NCBI RefSeq assembly: GCF_009914755.1
Contig: NC_060925.1
Origin: the human T2T-CHM13v2.0 reference genome, Homo sapiens
Strand: one strand, 5' to 3'
Length of the DNA stretch: 64,000 nucleotides
Part shown: one piece after another, positions 49,672 through 63,456 of the stretch
Position numbering within the stretch: the first letter of the stretch is position 1
Layout: the number at the start of each line of letters is the position of its first letter
Program-made: the position numbers and the translations under genes
The notes under the pieces: model-generated
Databases searched by the model: none
What the model was told of the DNA's origin: nothing
Seen by the model: only the letters and a program-made list of their open reading frames with translations

Positions 49672-51330
49672 TTTTCTTTTTCTTTTTCTTTTCTTTTTTT
49701 TTTTAGTATTTATTGATCATTCTTGGGTGTTTCTCACAGAGGGGGATTTGGCAGGGTCATAGGACAATAGTGGAGGGAAGGTCAGCAGATAAACAAGTGA
49801 ACAAGGGTCTCTGGTTTTCCTAGGCAGAGGACCCTGTGGCCTTCCGCAGTGTTTGTGTCCTTGGGTACTTGAGATTAGGGAGGGGTGATGACTCTTAACA
49901 AGCATGCTGCCTTCAAGCATCTGTTTAACAAAGCACATCTTGCACCGCCCTTAATCCATTTAACCCTGAGTGGACACAGCACATGTTTCAGAGAGCAGGG
50001 GGTTGGGGGTAAGGTTGTAGATTAACAGCATCCCAAGGCAGAAGAATTTCTCTTAGTACAGAACAAAATGGAGTCTCCTATGTCTACTTCTTTCTACACA
50101 GACACAGCAACAATCTGATCTCTCTATCTTTTCCCCACATTTCCCCCTTTTCTATTTGACAAAACTGCCATCGTCATCATGGCCCGTTCTCAATGAGCTG
50201 TTGGGTACACCTCCCAGACAGGGTGGTGGCTGGGCAGAGGGGCTCCTCACTTCCCAGAAGGGGCAGCCGGGCAGAGGCGCCCCCCACCTCCCTCCTGGAC
50301 GGGGCGGCTGGCCGGGTGGGGGCTTCCCCCCACCTCCCTCCAGGACGGGGTGCTGGCCAGGCGGGGGCTGCCCCCCACCTCCCTCCCGGACGGGGCGGCT
50401 GGCCAGGTGGGGGCTGCCCCCAACCTCCCGGACGGGGCGGCTGCCGGGCGGAGATGCTCCTCACTTCCCAGACGGGGTGGCTGCTGGGCAGAGGGGCTCC
50501 TCACTTCCCAGACGGGGCGGCCAGACAGAGACATTCCTCACCTCCCAGATGGGGTCACGGCAGGGCAGAGGCGCTCCTCACATCCCAGACGGGGCAGCAG
50601 GGCAGAGGTGCTCCCCACATCTCAGACGATGGGTGGCTGGGCAGAGACGCTCCTCACTTCCTAGATGGGATGGCGGCTGGGAAGAGGCGCTCCTTACTTC
50701 CCAGACTGGGCAGCTGGGCAGAGGGGCTCCTTACATCCCAGATGATGGGCAGCCAGGTAGAGACGCTCCTCACTTCCCAGATGGGGTGGCGGCCGGGCAG
50801 AGGCTGCAATCTCGGCACTTTGGGAGGCCAAGGCAGGCGGCTGGGAGGTGGGGGTTGTAGCGAGCCGAGATCACGCCACTGCACTCCAGCCTGGGCAACA
50901 TTGAGCACTGAGTGAACGAGACTCTGTCTGCAATCCTGGCACCTTGGGAGGCCAAGGCTGGCGGATCACTCGTGGTTAGGAGCTGGAGACCAGCCCGGCC
51001 AACACAGCGAAACCCCGTCTCCACCAAAAAAATACGAAAACCAGTCAGGCGTGGTGGCGCGCGCCTGCCATCCCAGGCACTTGGCAGGCTGAGGCAGGAG
51101 AATCAGGCAGGGAGGTTGCAGTGAGCCGAGATGGTGGCAGTACAGTCCAGCTTCGGCTGGGCATCAGAGGGAGACCGTGGAGAGAGAGGGAGAGGGAGAC
51201 TGTGGAGAGAGAGGGAGAGGGAGACCGTGGGGAGACGAGGGAGACGGAGAGGAGAGGGAGAGGGAGAGGGAGAGGGAGAGGGAGAGGGAGAGGGAGAGGG
51301 AGAGGGAGAGCGAGAGCGAGAGCAAGAGCC
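49672..51330 (-). mobile_element. Full-length SVA retrotransposon
   Basis: Poly-T, AATAAA at 49709-49714, SINE-R, GC-rich VNTR (~50210-50800), antisense Alu-like region, (CCCTCT)n head; TSD AGATATTGTATTTT at 49658-49671 and 51331-51344. Confidence 0.97.
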
Positions 51331-52121
51331 AGATATTGTATTTTAACAGCAGGTACTCAGTAAATGCTCAATTCAAGTTAGGCTCCTACTGCCTTAGTAA
51401 GTCTCGTAATAAGTTACCTAATAAAAATGGTGTAAATTCGTTTTCGGCTTGGTTCTCAAAGAAATCAGGAGACATGTCAGCTTCTTAATGACCTTATAGC
51501 TTTTTTTAAGGAACAATGAAATACATAACAGGAACAACGGAAGAACACTTGTATATGCTGACATCAGCAAGCAAAATGCATACAGTTCAGCCAGTGATTC
51601 ACACTGATGAAAATCAACAGTAGAAAGAAGGGTTTGTCATTGAGGGATGATTAGAGAAGATAAGTTTTAAATTGGCCTTTCAAGGAGTTGATGGTTAGGA
51701 ATTGTTGGGTTTGAACTCCAAGGGAGAAGAAGAAGTAAGGAAGTGTCTAAGGAGTGAGAAAATAGAATGGTCACAACCTGGGATCCTACAATTCAGGGAG
51801 GGCATTGGTGGTGCTGAGGGGAACCTAGCTACCATTTAGGGGTGTTTAGGGGCTTGTTGGTATGCAGTGCACAGGAAATCTGAGAGAGAAAAATGTTGGG
51901 TACTGTGTTTTGGGAGAAAGTGAGGTGAATGAAAGCAACATTACCCGTAGGATATGACAATGGGCATAGAATGGTGGTGCCGGGCATGGAGGAAAAGAGT
52001 CATGATGTGATGGAGAGAGTCTGTTCAGTTGAATTTGATTTGGCAAGCATCCACCAAATATTTACCTGAAATATTCTAGGTGATACAATGAATAAGGCAT
52101 GAACCTTTTCTTGAAGAAACG

Positions 52122-54941
<2,820 letters not shown>

Positions 54942-55096
54942 AAATGTATTTGTTAAGCTTCTATTAAAATAATGTAGGAGAAGAAAAGATAATGCATACC
55001 AAGTAAATGAACAAGGAGAGATCAGATTATAAATCACTTTTGTATATATCATCTGTATTTATCTCTAAGAAACTTTAGAATTTTTAAACTTTGGAA

Positions 55097-56113
55097 TTTT
55101 TTCTTCAGCTTTTATTTTTAGCTTTAGAGGGTACATGTGTAAGTTTGTTACATAGACATATTGCGTGACAGTGAGGTTTGGGGTATGAATCCCATCATCC
55201 AGGTGTTGAGCTTAGTACCCAATAGGAAGTTTTTCAATGTACACTCATTTCCCTCCTTCCCCACTCTAGTGGTCCCCAGTGTATATTGTTCCCATCTTTA
55301 TGTCCATGTGTACTCAGTGTTTAGCTCCCACTTATAAGTGAGAACATGTGGTATTTTGTTTTCTGTTTCTGCATTAATTTGCTTAGAATAATGGCCTGTA
55401 GCTGCATCCATATTGCTGCAAAGGACATGATTTTGTTCGTTTTTTATGGCTGTGTAGTATTCCATGGTGTATATGTACTATATTTTCTTTATCCAATCCA
55501 CCATTGATAGGAATCTAGGTTGATTCCATGTCTTTGCTATTGTGAATAATGCTGCAATAAACATATAAGTGCATGTGTCTTTTTGGTAGAAGTCTTTATT
55601 TTCTTTTGGGTATGTACCCAGTAATGGGATATAGCTCTGTTTTAAGTTCTTTGAGAAATCTTCAAACTGCTTACCATGGTGGTTGAATTAATTTATATTC
55701 CAACAACAGTGTATAAGTATTCTCTTTTCTCCACAGCCTTGCCAGCATCAGTTATTTGTTGACTTTTTAATAATAGCCATTCTGACTGGTGTGAGATTGT
55801 ATCTTATTGTGGTTTTGATTTGCATTTCTCTGATGATTAATGATGAGCATTTTTTCATGTTTGTTGGCTGGCTGCTTGTATGTTTTCTTTTGAAAAGTGT
55901 TTCTCAAGTCCTTTGCCCATTTTTTAATAGGGTTATTTGTTTTTCTCTTGTTGATTTAAGTTCCTTATAGATATTGAATATTGGACCTTTGTTGGATTAA
56001 TAGTTTGCAAACATTTTCTCCCATTTTGTAGGTTTTCCATTTACTCTGTCTGTGGCTTCTTTTGCTGTGCAGAAGCTCTTTAGTTTGATTAGGTTCCACT
56101 TGTTAATTTTTGT
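55097..56113 (-). mobile_element. L1PA15/16-like 3' end, 5'-truncated
   Basis: Antisense L1 3'UTR and ORF2 end; similar TTTAAACT..GGA.TTTT flanks. Confidence 0.85.
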
Positions 56114-56599
56114 TTTTTAAACTGGATTTTTAAACCCCATTTTACAGATGCAAAAACTGAGACTTAAAGAGACAATTTTTTTTAAGATCATAAAATTGGT
56201 AAGTGGTGAAGGCAGGTTTTAAATATAAGTCTTTTAAAAATTTTAAATCTCAGCTTCATGTATGTAATTGGTCAGTCACTGTGCTCGATGTGAAATATAC
56301 AACTGTGAATAAGATGCAATTTCTGACTTCTGGGACCTTACTGCTTGGTGGGAAACACATGGGTTTAAAATTTACTTCAATGCAATCTGATAAGCTGTAT
56401 GCTGATGATAGGTGCAGAAGGTGGTGCCAGTCCCAAGAATGGGTAGGATTTTGGCAGACAAAGATCAGGACAGCGTTTAAGTGGAAGAAATTGTATAAGC
56501 AATGACGTGGAGGCTAGGAAGTTGTCCTGTTAAGTTGGAGTCTAGGGGCATTGTTGGAAACTGAGTTGGAAATGTACACTGAAGCCAGATCATGGAGGG

Positions 56600-57400
56600 C
56601 TTCTATGAGCATTCAACCAACACTTATTTATTGGATGTACATCATGACAAGCTATTGTCCGAAATGCAAGAGAACAGCAGCAAACAAGACAAACAAAATC
56701 CTTGTTCTTATGGGCCTTACATTCCAGTAGGGAGAAAAAGATAATAAATGAGTAGCATAAAAACAAGGTATCAAACATGAAAAGTGTTAAGAACATTGGC
56801 AGCACAAATGAGGAATATATGGTAGAGGCTGATTGGGGTGATACTTTTTTAAAATAAATGCCAGAGAAAGCTTCTGTCACGAGGTGACTTTTTAACTGAG
56901 ACCTGAATGAAATAAGGATTGAGCCACACCAAGATCGAGAAGAAGACTATTCTGATCAAAAGAAATAGCTGGTTCAAAGGTCTCCCGGTGGGGATCAGCT
57001 TGTCCTGCTAGAATCATGGAAAGAAGGCCAGAGTGATTAGAAAACAGTGATGCAGAGGACAATGGTGAAAGATGAGACTTTGCAGGGCCCCATCCTATAG
57101 GAAGGTCCTGAGAACAAAGCTGGATTTTATTCTCAATGTGGAGGGAAACTACTGGGAATTTCATGTAGGGAGTGGCACAATGTGGTCTACCTTTTTGAAA
57201 GGGATGGGGAGTCCCATCAGGAAGCTGTGTTCTAGGAGAGGTGACCTGGACTGGGATGACAGGAGTAGAGATGAAAAGAATCATGGATTTGGGCTGTTTT
57301 GTATTTTGAGATAGAAAAAAAAAAAAGGATTTAGCATGTAGATGATGCACTGAATGTTGAGCAGCTTCCAGATTTTGAATTCTTTCACCCTGATTCTCCA
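56600..57400 (-). mobile_element. L2 fragment
   Basis: CATTCAACCAACACTTATTTATTG...; CTTACATTCCAGTAGGGAGA; TGGATTTTATTCTCAATG. Confidence 0.6.
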
Positions 57401-59179
57401 CCTTCTCATTTAGTTTGCTGGAGAGAGTTTAAATTATAGAGAATATTTGTGAAGGAGACTCATCTTACACATGAACACATATGTCATATAAACAGCAGCC
57501 AACATATGGGCGTTCCTGTTGATCTTGAGGCCCAGGACAAGCCATGGCCCTTTGCATTTCTCTCTCCCCCAGGATCACAGTCCTAGCTTAGATGCCTTTC
57601 TTCTAAGTCCGTCTTAGGACTCTTTCTCAGTCCTTCTAGGTATAGCTACTTACTCCCTTGGTGTCATAACAGTAATTTTTTTGTACTTATGACTTTGTGC
57701 CTTGCATAATGGTTGTTTGCTGTATATATTTGTCTTACTGTATTTTTATTTCCTTCAGGAAAGCAGCTGTTGTTATGAGTTATTATATTCTTCCTATGGT
57801 AAATACAATCTGATGGCCCTCAGCATCCATTCCTGTCTCCTTCTATATTTCCTAGACTTCTTTGCAGCTAGAGTTCTAGATGTGAATTAAAGTTTTTCAA
57901 ATTAGGCATATTTGCATGATATTTGGAAGGTGAAAGTGAGTTAGAGACAATCATACCAAGATTTTGGCTATTTTTTTTTTTTGCAGATAAGGTTATAGAG
58001 ACATGTTGATAGACAATTTTGGCAGCAATGTCAGAGACTTCTGAATCACATGTTTCTGATTTTTGGATTGCAAGTCTGGTGATGTATTGAACTCAATAGT
58101 CCCAGGGATTGATTTCTAATTTCTAATAATTCAGCCCTTATTGTTCTAGGCAGTAAAGCCCTTATTGTTTAAAAGACCTAAAAATGTTACTGTTTCATTC
58201 CTTGAGCCATAACTAAATGAGGCGTTAATTCAGTCTCTCTTGTTTGTCCCTTTGTTTTATATGCAGTAGATGTCCAATTAATGTCCAGTTGAATTTATTA
58301 CAAAGCCAGACTTATTTCCTCCATCTGTCCACTTATTCAAAAACAATGGGTACCACTAGACATCACTGGCTGTATTAAGTGCTGAGCAGTACAAGGTTGA
58401 GTAAGATATGGTCTTATTCCTAGTTTTCCAGGAGAGAAAATTACCATAGAGTGTGGGCCAAATGATATAACAGAAGTGAGTGTGAACTTAGAGAAAGCAG
58501 AGTTTGGAGTGTCCAGAAAGGCTGCTTAGAAGAGGTGATGTTTTAGTTGGGATCCAGAGGATGCCTAGGTTTTTGTCAGGCAGAAAACAGCGGGGAGGTA
58601 TTCCATGCTGATGGGATGGCATATTCAAAGATATGAATTCATGAAAGATCAAGTGTACCAAGAAAAGGCCAAGTCCTTGGTGTGGCTGGAGCATTGGATG
58701 CTCCTGGGAGGGGCCTGTCATGTGAGTAGGCTGGGTAGGTCATCTGATCAGATAGTGAGGCCTATGTGCCACACTGAGGGATGTAAATTTTTTTCTCAAG
58801 TCACTGGGGAGCCACTGAGGAGAAGGGCCATTAAGGCAGTGGAGATGGAGACGTGAGAAGAGATTCAAAAGTTATGGGGATGTAGAGTTGGGAAGACTCA
58901 ATGACAATTTGAATGTGGTGGTGAGGGAGTGGTAAAGGTAAAATATGACTCAGTAGAGGGAGGAGGAGCTGAAAATTATATTTAGATAAGTTTCATTTAG
59001 ACTCTTTATTATTTGTTTTGTATTGATTCTTATTTTTTTTCAGTGCCCAGGAACTCAGGGAACAAAGACATTTTAGAAGTCAAGAAATAAGGTGTTATTT
59101 TTGGAAAATGGCTCAAAAGTGAAAATAGTACAACCCCACAGTGAAGAAAGGAGTCATGACAGTTATTGCTCATCAATTA

Positions 59180-59185
59180 TTTATT
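59180..59185 (-). terminator. RPTN: RPTN polyadenylation signal AATAAA (cleavage ~59160)
   Basis: TTTATT on plus, ~1.13 kb past the stop; gives a ~3.6 kb mRNA; other candidate hexamers exist nearby. Confidence 0.65.
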
Positions 59186-59988
59186 AGATATTTTAATACA
59201 ATTCATAATCTGCACATAGATTTTCTTGAGAAGAGTTTTCAGGTCTTAGGAGCTATGAATCAATAGTCTTGATCCCCTGGAATTTGCAAACATATGACAT
59301 ATACTTTCTCTTTATTTTATATAATCAGAAACTAGAAAGGTATTGAATTGGAATGGGTCCATTCAGCTCTAGTGATAGGCACTAATGGACAGTCCCTCTG
59401 GTGTGGAATAAGAGCCTGGCATGGGAGATGTAGTAAACATCAGAGATGCACTCTATGTTCTCGGCTCTTGTAGCAGCCTTGAACTGAGTTTCATTCTAGT
59501 CTAGACTATGAGGCTTGAAATTCCTGATGTTTTATCCACAGGAGCCAAAGCTCACCAAATCTAGGGTTCCTTGAGGAGTGGAGATGTAGTATAATCCTTG
59601 GATGTAATGTAAATCTTCAGAATATCTTTTCTGTTTCTGAACTTTAGGGAGAAGTGTTCTACCTTTCAATGATTCAACCAGGTCTCATCTACACAGAGGG
59701 CAAAGCAGGAAATGATTTAAATACCCAAACTGATCAACATTAAGATATGATTATTTCACCCAATTTACCACCTAGATTTCACTGAATCAGAAAACCCTAG
59801 AATTGCTGCTCAAAGAACCAAAAGCCCTTACGTGAATGCTAGTACTCAAAAACATCCTTGCAGGGAGATACAGCAGAGGATAGAGGGAAGAAATACATTC
59901 TCAATCTCTTAAATCGAATTAAAGGTGAACTCGACATATAGGTTTCTTTTTTGGCTTTGTGTTGCTTTACCTCTGGTGCTCACATAGC

Positions 59989-60312
59989 CTAGTATGGGTA
60001 GGATTTCTGCTCTTGCACATAGTCATAGGGGGGGTTGGGAACAGTAGCTCCCTTGGCAGGGTGACCACGCTGTTCTCTGGTTTGGGGCCTCCCACTGCTC
60101 TGGGTTGGATAGAAGGATGGTTCAGTGTGTCTTTTCTGTGAGCCTTGGCTCTGGTCATCCTCTTTCATGTGGAATTTTTCTCTGTTAGGACAGCTTCTGT
60201 GGGTCACTTGGGATTTTTGATTCTGAGATCCTTGATACCTCTCTTTCTCCTCATAGTTTTGTCTATTATGTTGTTGCTGATGGTTTTGATCCTCTTCATG
60301 AGTTTGCCTGTC
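59989..60312 (-). other. RPTN: Intact in-frame former coding tail of RPTN, now 3'UTR
   Basis: 107 open codons after the TGA, ending PNPPYDYVQEQKSYPY-TAG. Confidence 0.92.
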
Positions 60313-60483
60313 TCATCTCTGATGGTTCTGCTCGTCTTCATGGGTTTGCCTGTCTCGTCTCTGACGGTTCTGCTTGTCTTCATGGGTTTGCCTGTCTCGT
60401 CTCTGATGGCTCTGCTCATGTTCATGGGTTTGTCTGTCTCGTCTCTGATGGTTCTGCTCATCTTTATGGGTTCGCCTGTCCTG
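60270..60483 (-). repeat. RPTN: 42-bp (14-aa RDRQTHEDEQNHQR) repeat, ~5 units, crossing the RPTN stop codon
   Basis: TCATG(G/A)GTTTG(C/T)CTGTCTC(G/A)TCTCTGA at 42-bp spacing. Confidence 0.92.
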
Positions 60484-62529
60484 TGTCCCACATGGACCTT
60501 CCTGACTCTCATGGCTGTGTCTATCCCAAGTTTGATGGCCCTGCTCTTCCTCTGCCCAGTGGCTCAGCCCCTCACCATGACTCTGCCTGGTCTGGGCCTG
60601 TCTGTGGCCCTGCTCACTACTGCATGATTGCCAGTCTCTCCCTTTGTGACAAAGTGGTCTTTCTTGTTGGATTTGTGCTAAGAGTTTGTGTTGGTGATGT
60701 TGGCTATCCTCTTCAGGCTCCCATACCTGGTGGCCGTTCTGCTGTGAGTCCCTAGACTGGAATCCCTGTCCCTGGTTTTGGTACCCTTCCTGTCCTGGAG
60801 TCTGTTGACTTAGCCTCCCTGATCTTCCTGATTGTTCAACATAAGAGGCTTTTCTTGTTCCTTCAGTCCCTTGGAAGTACTTATTTTGCCCTTGTATTTC
60901 CCCAGTCTGTGATTGAATATAGTGGGAACTCTGGCCTTGTCTGTCTGTCTGACCATAATGATAGCTCTGGCCTTGTCTGTCTGTCTGACCGTAGTGGGAA
61001 CTCTGGCCTTGTCTGTCTGTCTGACCATAGTGGGAACTCTGGCCTTGTCTGTCCATCTGACTGTAGTGGGAACTCTGGCCTTGTCTGTCTGGCTGACCAT
61101 AGTGGAAACTCTGGCCTTGTCTGTCTGTCTGACCATAGTGGGAACTTTGGCCTTGTCCGTCTGGCTGACCATAATGATAACTCTGGTCTTGTCTGTCTAT
61201 CTTACCATAGTGGGAACTCTGGCCTTGTTTGTCTGGCTGACTGTAGTGGGAACTCTGGCCTTGTCTGTCTGTCTGACCATAGTGGGAACTCTGGCCTTGT
61301 CTGTCTGTCTGACCATAGTGGGAATTCTGGCCTTGTCTGTCTGGCTGACCATAGTGGGAACTCTGGCCTTGTCTGTCTGTCTGACCGTAGTGAGAACCCT
61401 GGCCTTGTCGGTCCATCTGACTGTAGTGGGAACTCTGGCCTTGTCTCTCTGTCTGACCATAGTGAGAACTTTGGTCTTGTCTGTCTGTCTGACCATAGTG
61501 AGAACTCTGATCTTGTGTGTCTGGCTGACCATAGTGGGAACTCTGACCTTGTCTGTTTGGTTGACTGTAGTGGGAACCCTGGCCTTGTCTGTTTGTCTGA
61601 TCATAATGATAACACTGGCCTTTTCTGTCCATTTGACCATAGTGGGAACTCTGACCTTGTCTGTCTGGCTGACTGTAGTGGGAACTCTGGCCTTGTCTGT
61701 CCGTCTGACTGTAGTGGGAACTCTGGCCTTGTCTGTCTGTCTGACCATAATGATAACTCTGGTCTTGTCTGTCCGTCTGACCGTAGTGGGAACTCTGGCC
61801 TTGTCTGTCTGTCTGACCACAGCCTAATTCCTGACCTAGCCTCTCAGACTGTCCACAATAAGAGCCTGATTTCTGTTGATTTGTCTGGTTAAAGTGAGAG
61901 GCTTGTCCAAGTGTTTCAGATTGTTGTGTATGTCTTTCAGACTGACCATAATGAGAATCCTGAATTGGTTTTTCACACCGATTTAAGGCAAAGATATGTC
62001 CCTGCCATTTAGCCTGGCCACTGGTAGATTTGTGACTCACTTTTTTACCAGAGCTGGAGTCTTGACTTTGTCTCTCTGACTGATCAAAGCTGAAATCCTT
62101 GTCTTGTCTCTCAGACTGATTGTGGTGAGAATCTCTGTCTTGTCTCTCAGGCTGACTGTGGTGGGAATCTCTGTCTTGTTTCTCAGACTGACCATGGTGG
62201 GAATCTCTGTCTTGTCTCTCAGGCTGACCATGGTGGGAATCTCCGTCTTGTCTCTCAGGCTGACTGTGGTGGGAGTTCTGCCTTTCTTCCTCGTGCCTCT
62301 GTCTGTGTTGTCTGCCTGTGTTTCCTGGGAACTTACAGTCTTGTGCTCCTTCCTGCCCCCTTTCTTGCTGTGAGGTCCTGCCTCCATGTGACTTATTGTC
62401 TAGCTTATGATAGCAGGCTTGGACCAACTGGAACACCAACAAGAGGTACTCATGAAAATCAATATGTCCATCTCGGTCTTGATCTAAGAGGTTCAAGATG
62501 GTTTCCACAGTCTCTGGGTCATTTGGTCT
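60313..62529 (-). CDS. RPTN: Repetin exon 3 coding part (residues 47-784)
   Basis: Acceptor cctaacag|AGACCAAATGAC; EF-hand LDQDRDGHIDFHEY; QGQSSHYGQTDR repeats; 46+738=784 aa. Confidence 0.99.
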   Translation of the reverse strand, partial: RPNDPETVETILNLLDQDRDGHIDFHEYLLLVFQLVQACYHKLDNKSHGGRTSQQERGQEGAQDCKFPGNTGRQHRQRHEEERQNSHHSQPERQDGDSHHGQPERQDRDSHHGQSEKQDRDSHHSQPERQDRDSHHNQSERQDKDFSFDQSERQSQDSSSGKKVSHKSTSGQAKWQGHIFALNRCEKPIQDSHYGQSERHTQQSETLGQASHFNQTNQQKSGSYCGQSERLGQELGCGQTDRQGQSSHYGQTDRQDQSYHYGQTDRQGQSSHYSQTDRQGQSSHYSQPDRQGQSSHYGQMDRKGQCYHYDQTNRQGQGSHYSQPNRQGQSSHYGQPDTQDQSSHYGQTDRQDQSSHYGQTERQGQSSHYSQMDRQGQGSHYGQTDRQGQSSHYGQPDRQGQNSHYGQTDRQGQSSHYGQTDRQGQSSHYSQPDKQGQSSHYGKIDRQDQSYHYGQPDGQGQSSHYGQTDRQGQSFHYGQPDRQGQSSHYSQMDRQGQSSHYGQTDRQGQSSHYGQTDRQGQSYHYGQTDRQGQSSHYIQSQTGEIQGQNKYFQGTEGTRKASYVEQSGRSGRLSQQTPGQEGYQNQGQGFQSRDSQQNGHQVWEPEEDSQHHQHKLLAQIQQERPLCHKGRDWQSCSSEQGHRQAQTRQSHGEGLSHWAEEEQGHQTWDRHSHESQEGPCGTQDRRTHKDEQNHQRRDRQTHEHEQSHQRRDRQTHEDKQNRQRRDRQTHEDEQNHQR
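60920..61820 (-). repeat. RPTN: RPTN 36-bp (12-aa) coding tandem array, ~25 units (related units at ~62080-62280)
   Basis: GTGGGAACTCTGGCCTTGTCTGTCTGTCTGACCATA periodicity. Confidence 0.95.
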
Positions 62530-62958
62530 CTGTTAGGAGATAAAACAAAGAGCAAAATCAGATGCTGTCTTGTGCATACTAAGATGTGTATCAGTGTTCA
62601 TGCCCCAATCCATTCGGTGCTGCACGGACCTTCCTAGGTTGAAAAACCATTAATCTGAAGTGGTGTGGACTTGGCGCTAGTCTTTGATCAGCTGGTTCTC
62701 AGAACCTTGCTGGATCAATGGGAGCATGACCATAGGGAGTAGATACATTTATTTAAAATCATCTCCATTAGTAATTAATTTGATTCATTTCAAAGTTATC
62801 CCATTCCATCACAGGCTATATCCTAGTTGTTTAGCCCCTTTTGTTTTTCACTGCACTGTGAGATCCTAGAGGGAGGGGGAGCTGATTTTATTCATGTTTG
62901 TATCCCTTGTGCCTAGGGGCATAGAGCAGGTGCTCAGTGACTCTTTATTGGTTGAATG

Positions 62959-63029
62959 AATGAATACATGAAAAGATGTGTGGATAGCACTAAATGAATA
63001 CATTAAAAGATGTGTGGATAGCACTAAAT
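62959..63029. repeat. 34-bp tandem duplication in RPTN intron 2
   Basis: AATGAATACAT(G/T)AAAAGATGTGTGGATAGCACTA x2. Confidence 0.9.
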
Positions 63030-63125
63030 ATAGAAATCAAAGTATGAATCTTAGGTTTTCTTCTGAGAAATTATTCCCTGTTACCTTGAAGTTATACTCT
63101 CTCCTGTTCAAATTCAGATACAAGG

Positions 63126-63127
<2 letters not shown>

Positions 63128-63169
<42 letters not shown>
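63128..63169. repeat. (GT)21 microsatellite in RPTN intron 2
   Basis: Perfect dinucleotide run. Confidence 0.95.
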
Positions 63170-63172
<3 letters not shown>

Positions 63173-63318
63173 CTGGGAGAGAACTACTAAGGAGCTGCCT
63201 GAAATTCCTTTTCTTACAGGGCAGAGCAAGCCCAAATAAAACAAAGCATCCAACCCTGGTGCAGGTGTCAGAGTCATTCACACTTGATCTCATGGGGCTG
63301 TGTGTCTGTGTATCTTAC

Positions 63319-63456
63319 CTGGAGGATGTCTCCAAACTCAGCCAAGAGCAGTTGTTTCAACTCTTCCTTGCATAGTAAGGCACAGTCCCCATTCCCTTTG
63401 GCATATTTGTGGAATACGTCAATCACACTGAGTATGCTATTCAGGAGTTGAGCCAT
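63319..63456 (-). CDS. RPTN: Repetin exon 2 coding part (residues 1-46); exon spans 63319-63476
   Basis: MAQLLNSILSVIDVFHKYAKGNGDCALLCKEELKQLLLAEFGDILQ; donor CAG|gtaaga; acceptor ttttag|GTT; same phase-0 split after codon 46 as TCHH. Confidence 0.99.

Noticed and set aside
49717-51488. Cluster of ORFs up to 240 aa
   Set aside because: All lie in the SVA VNTR, Alu-like or hexamer regions
59989-60207. 72-aa ORF as an independent small gene
   Set aside because: Starts at GTG and is simply the in-frame remnant of the RPTN tail
60920-61820. 36-bp periodic array as a CRISPR-like locus
   Set aside because: No unique spacers; it is a contiguous coding repeat in a human gene
60145-62373. Antisense and off-frame ORFs over RPTN (345, 304, 207, 160 aa)
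   Set aside because: By-products of 36- and 42-bp repeats, which keep several frames open
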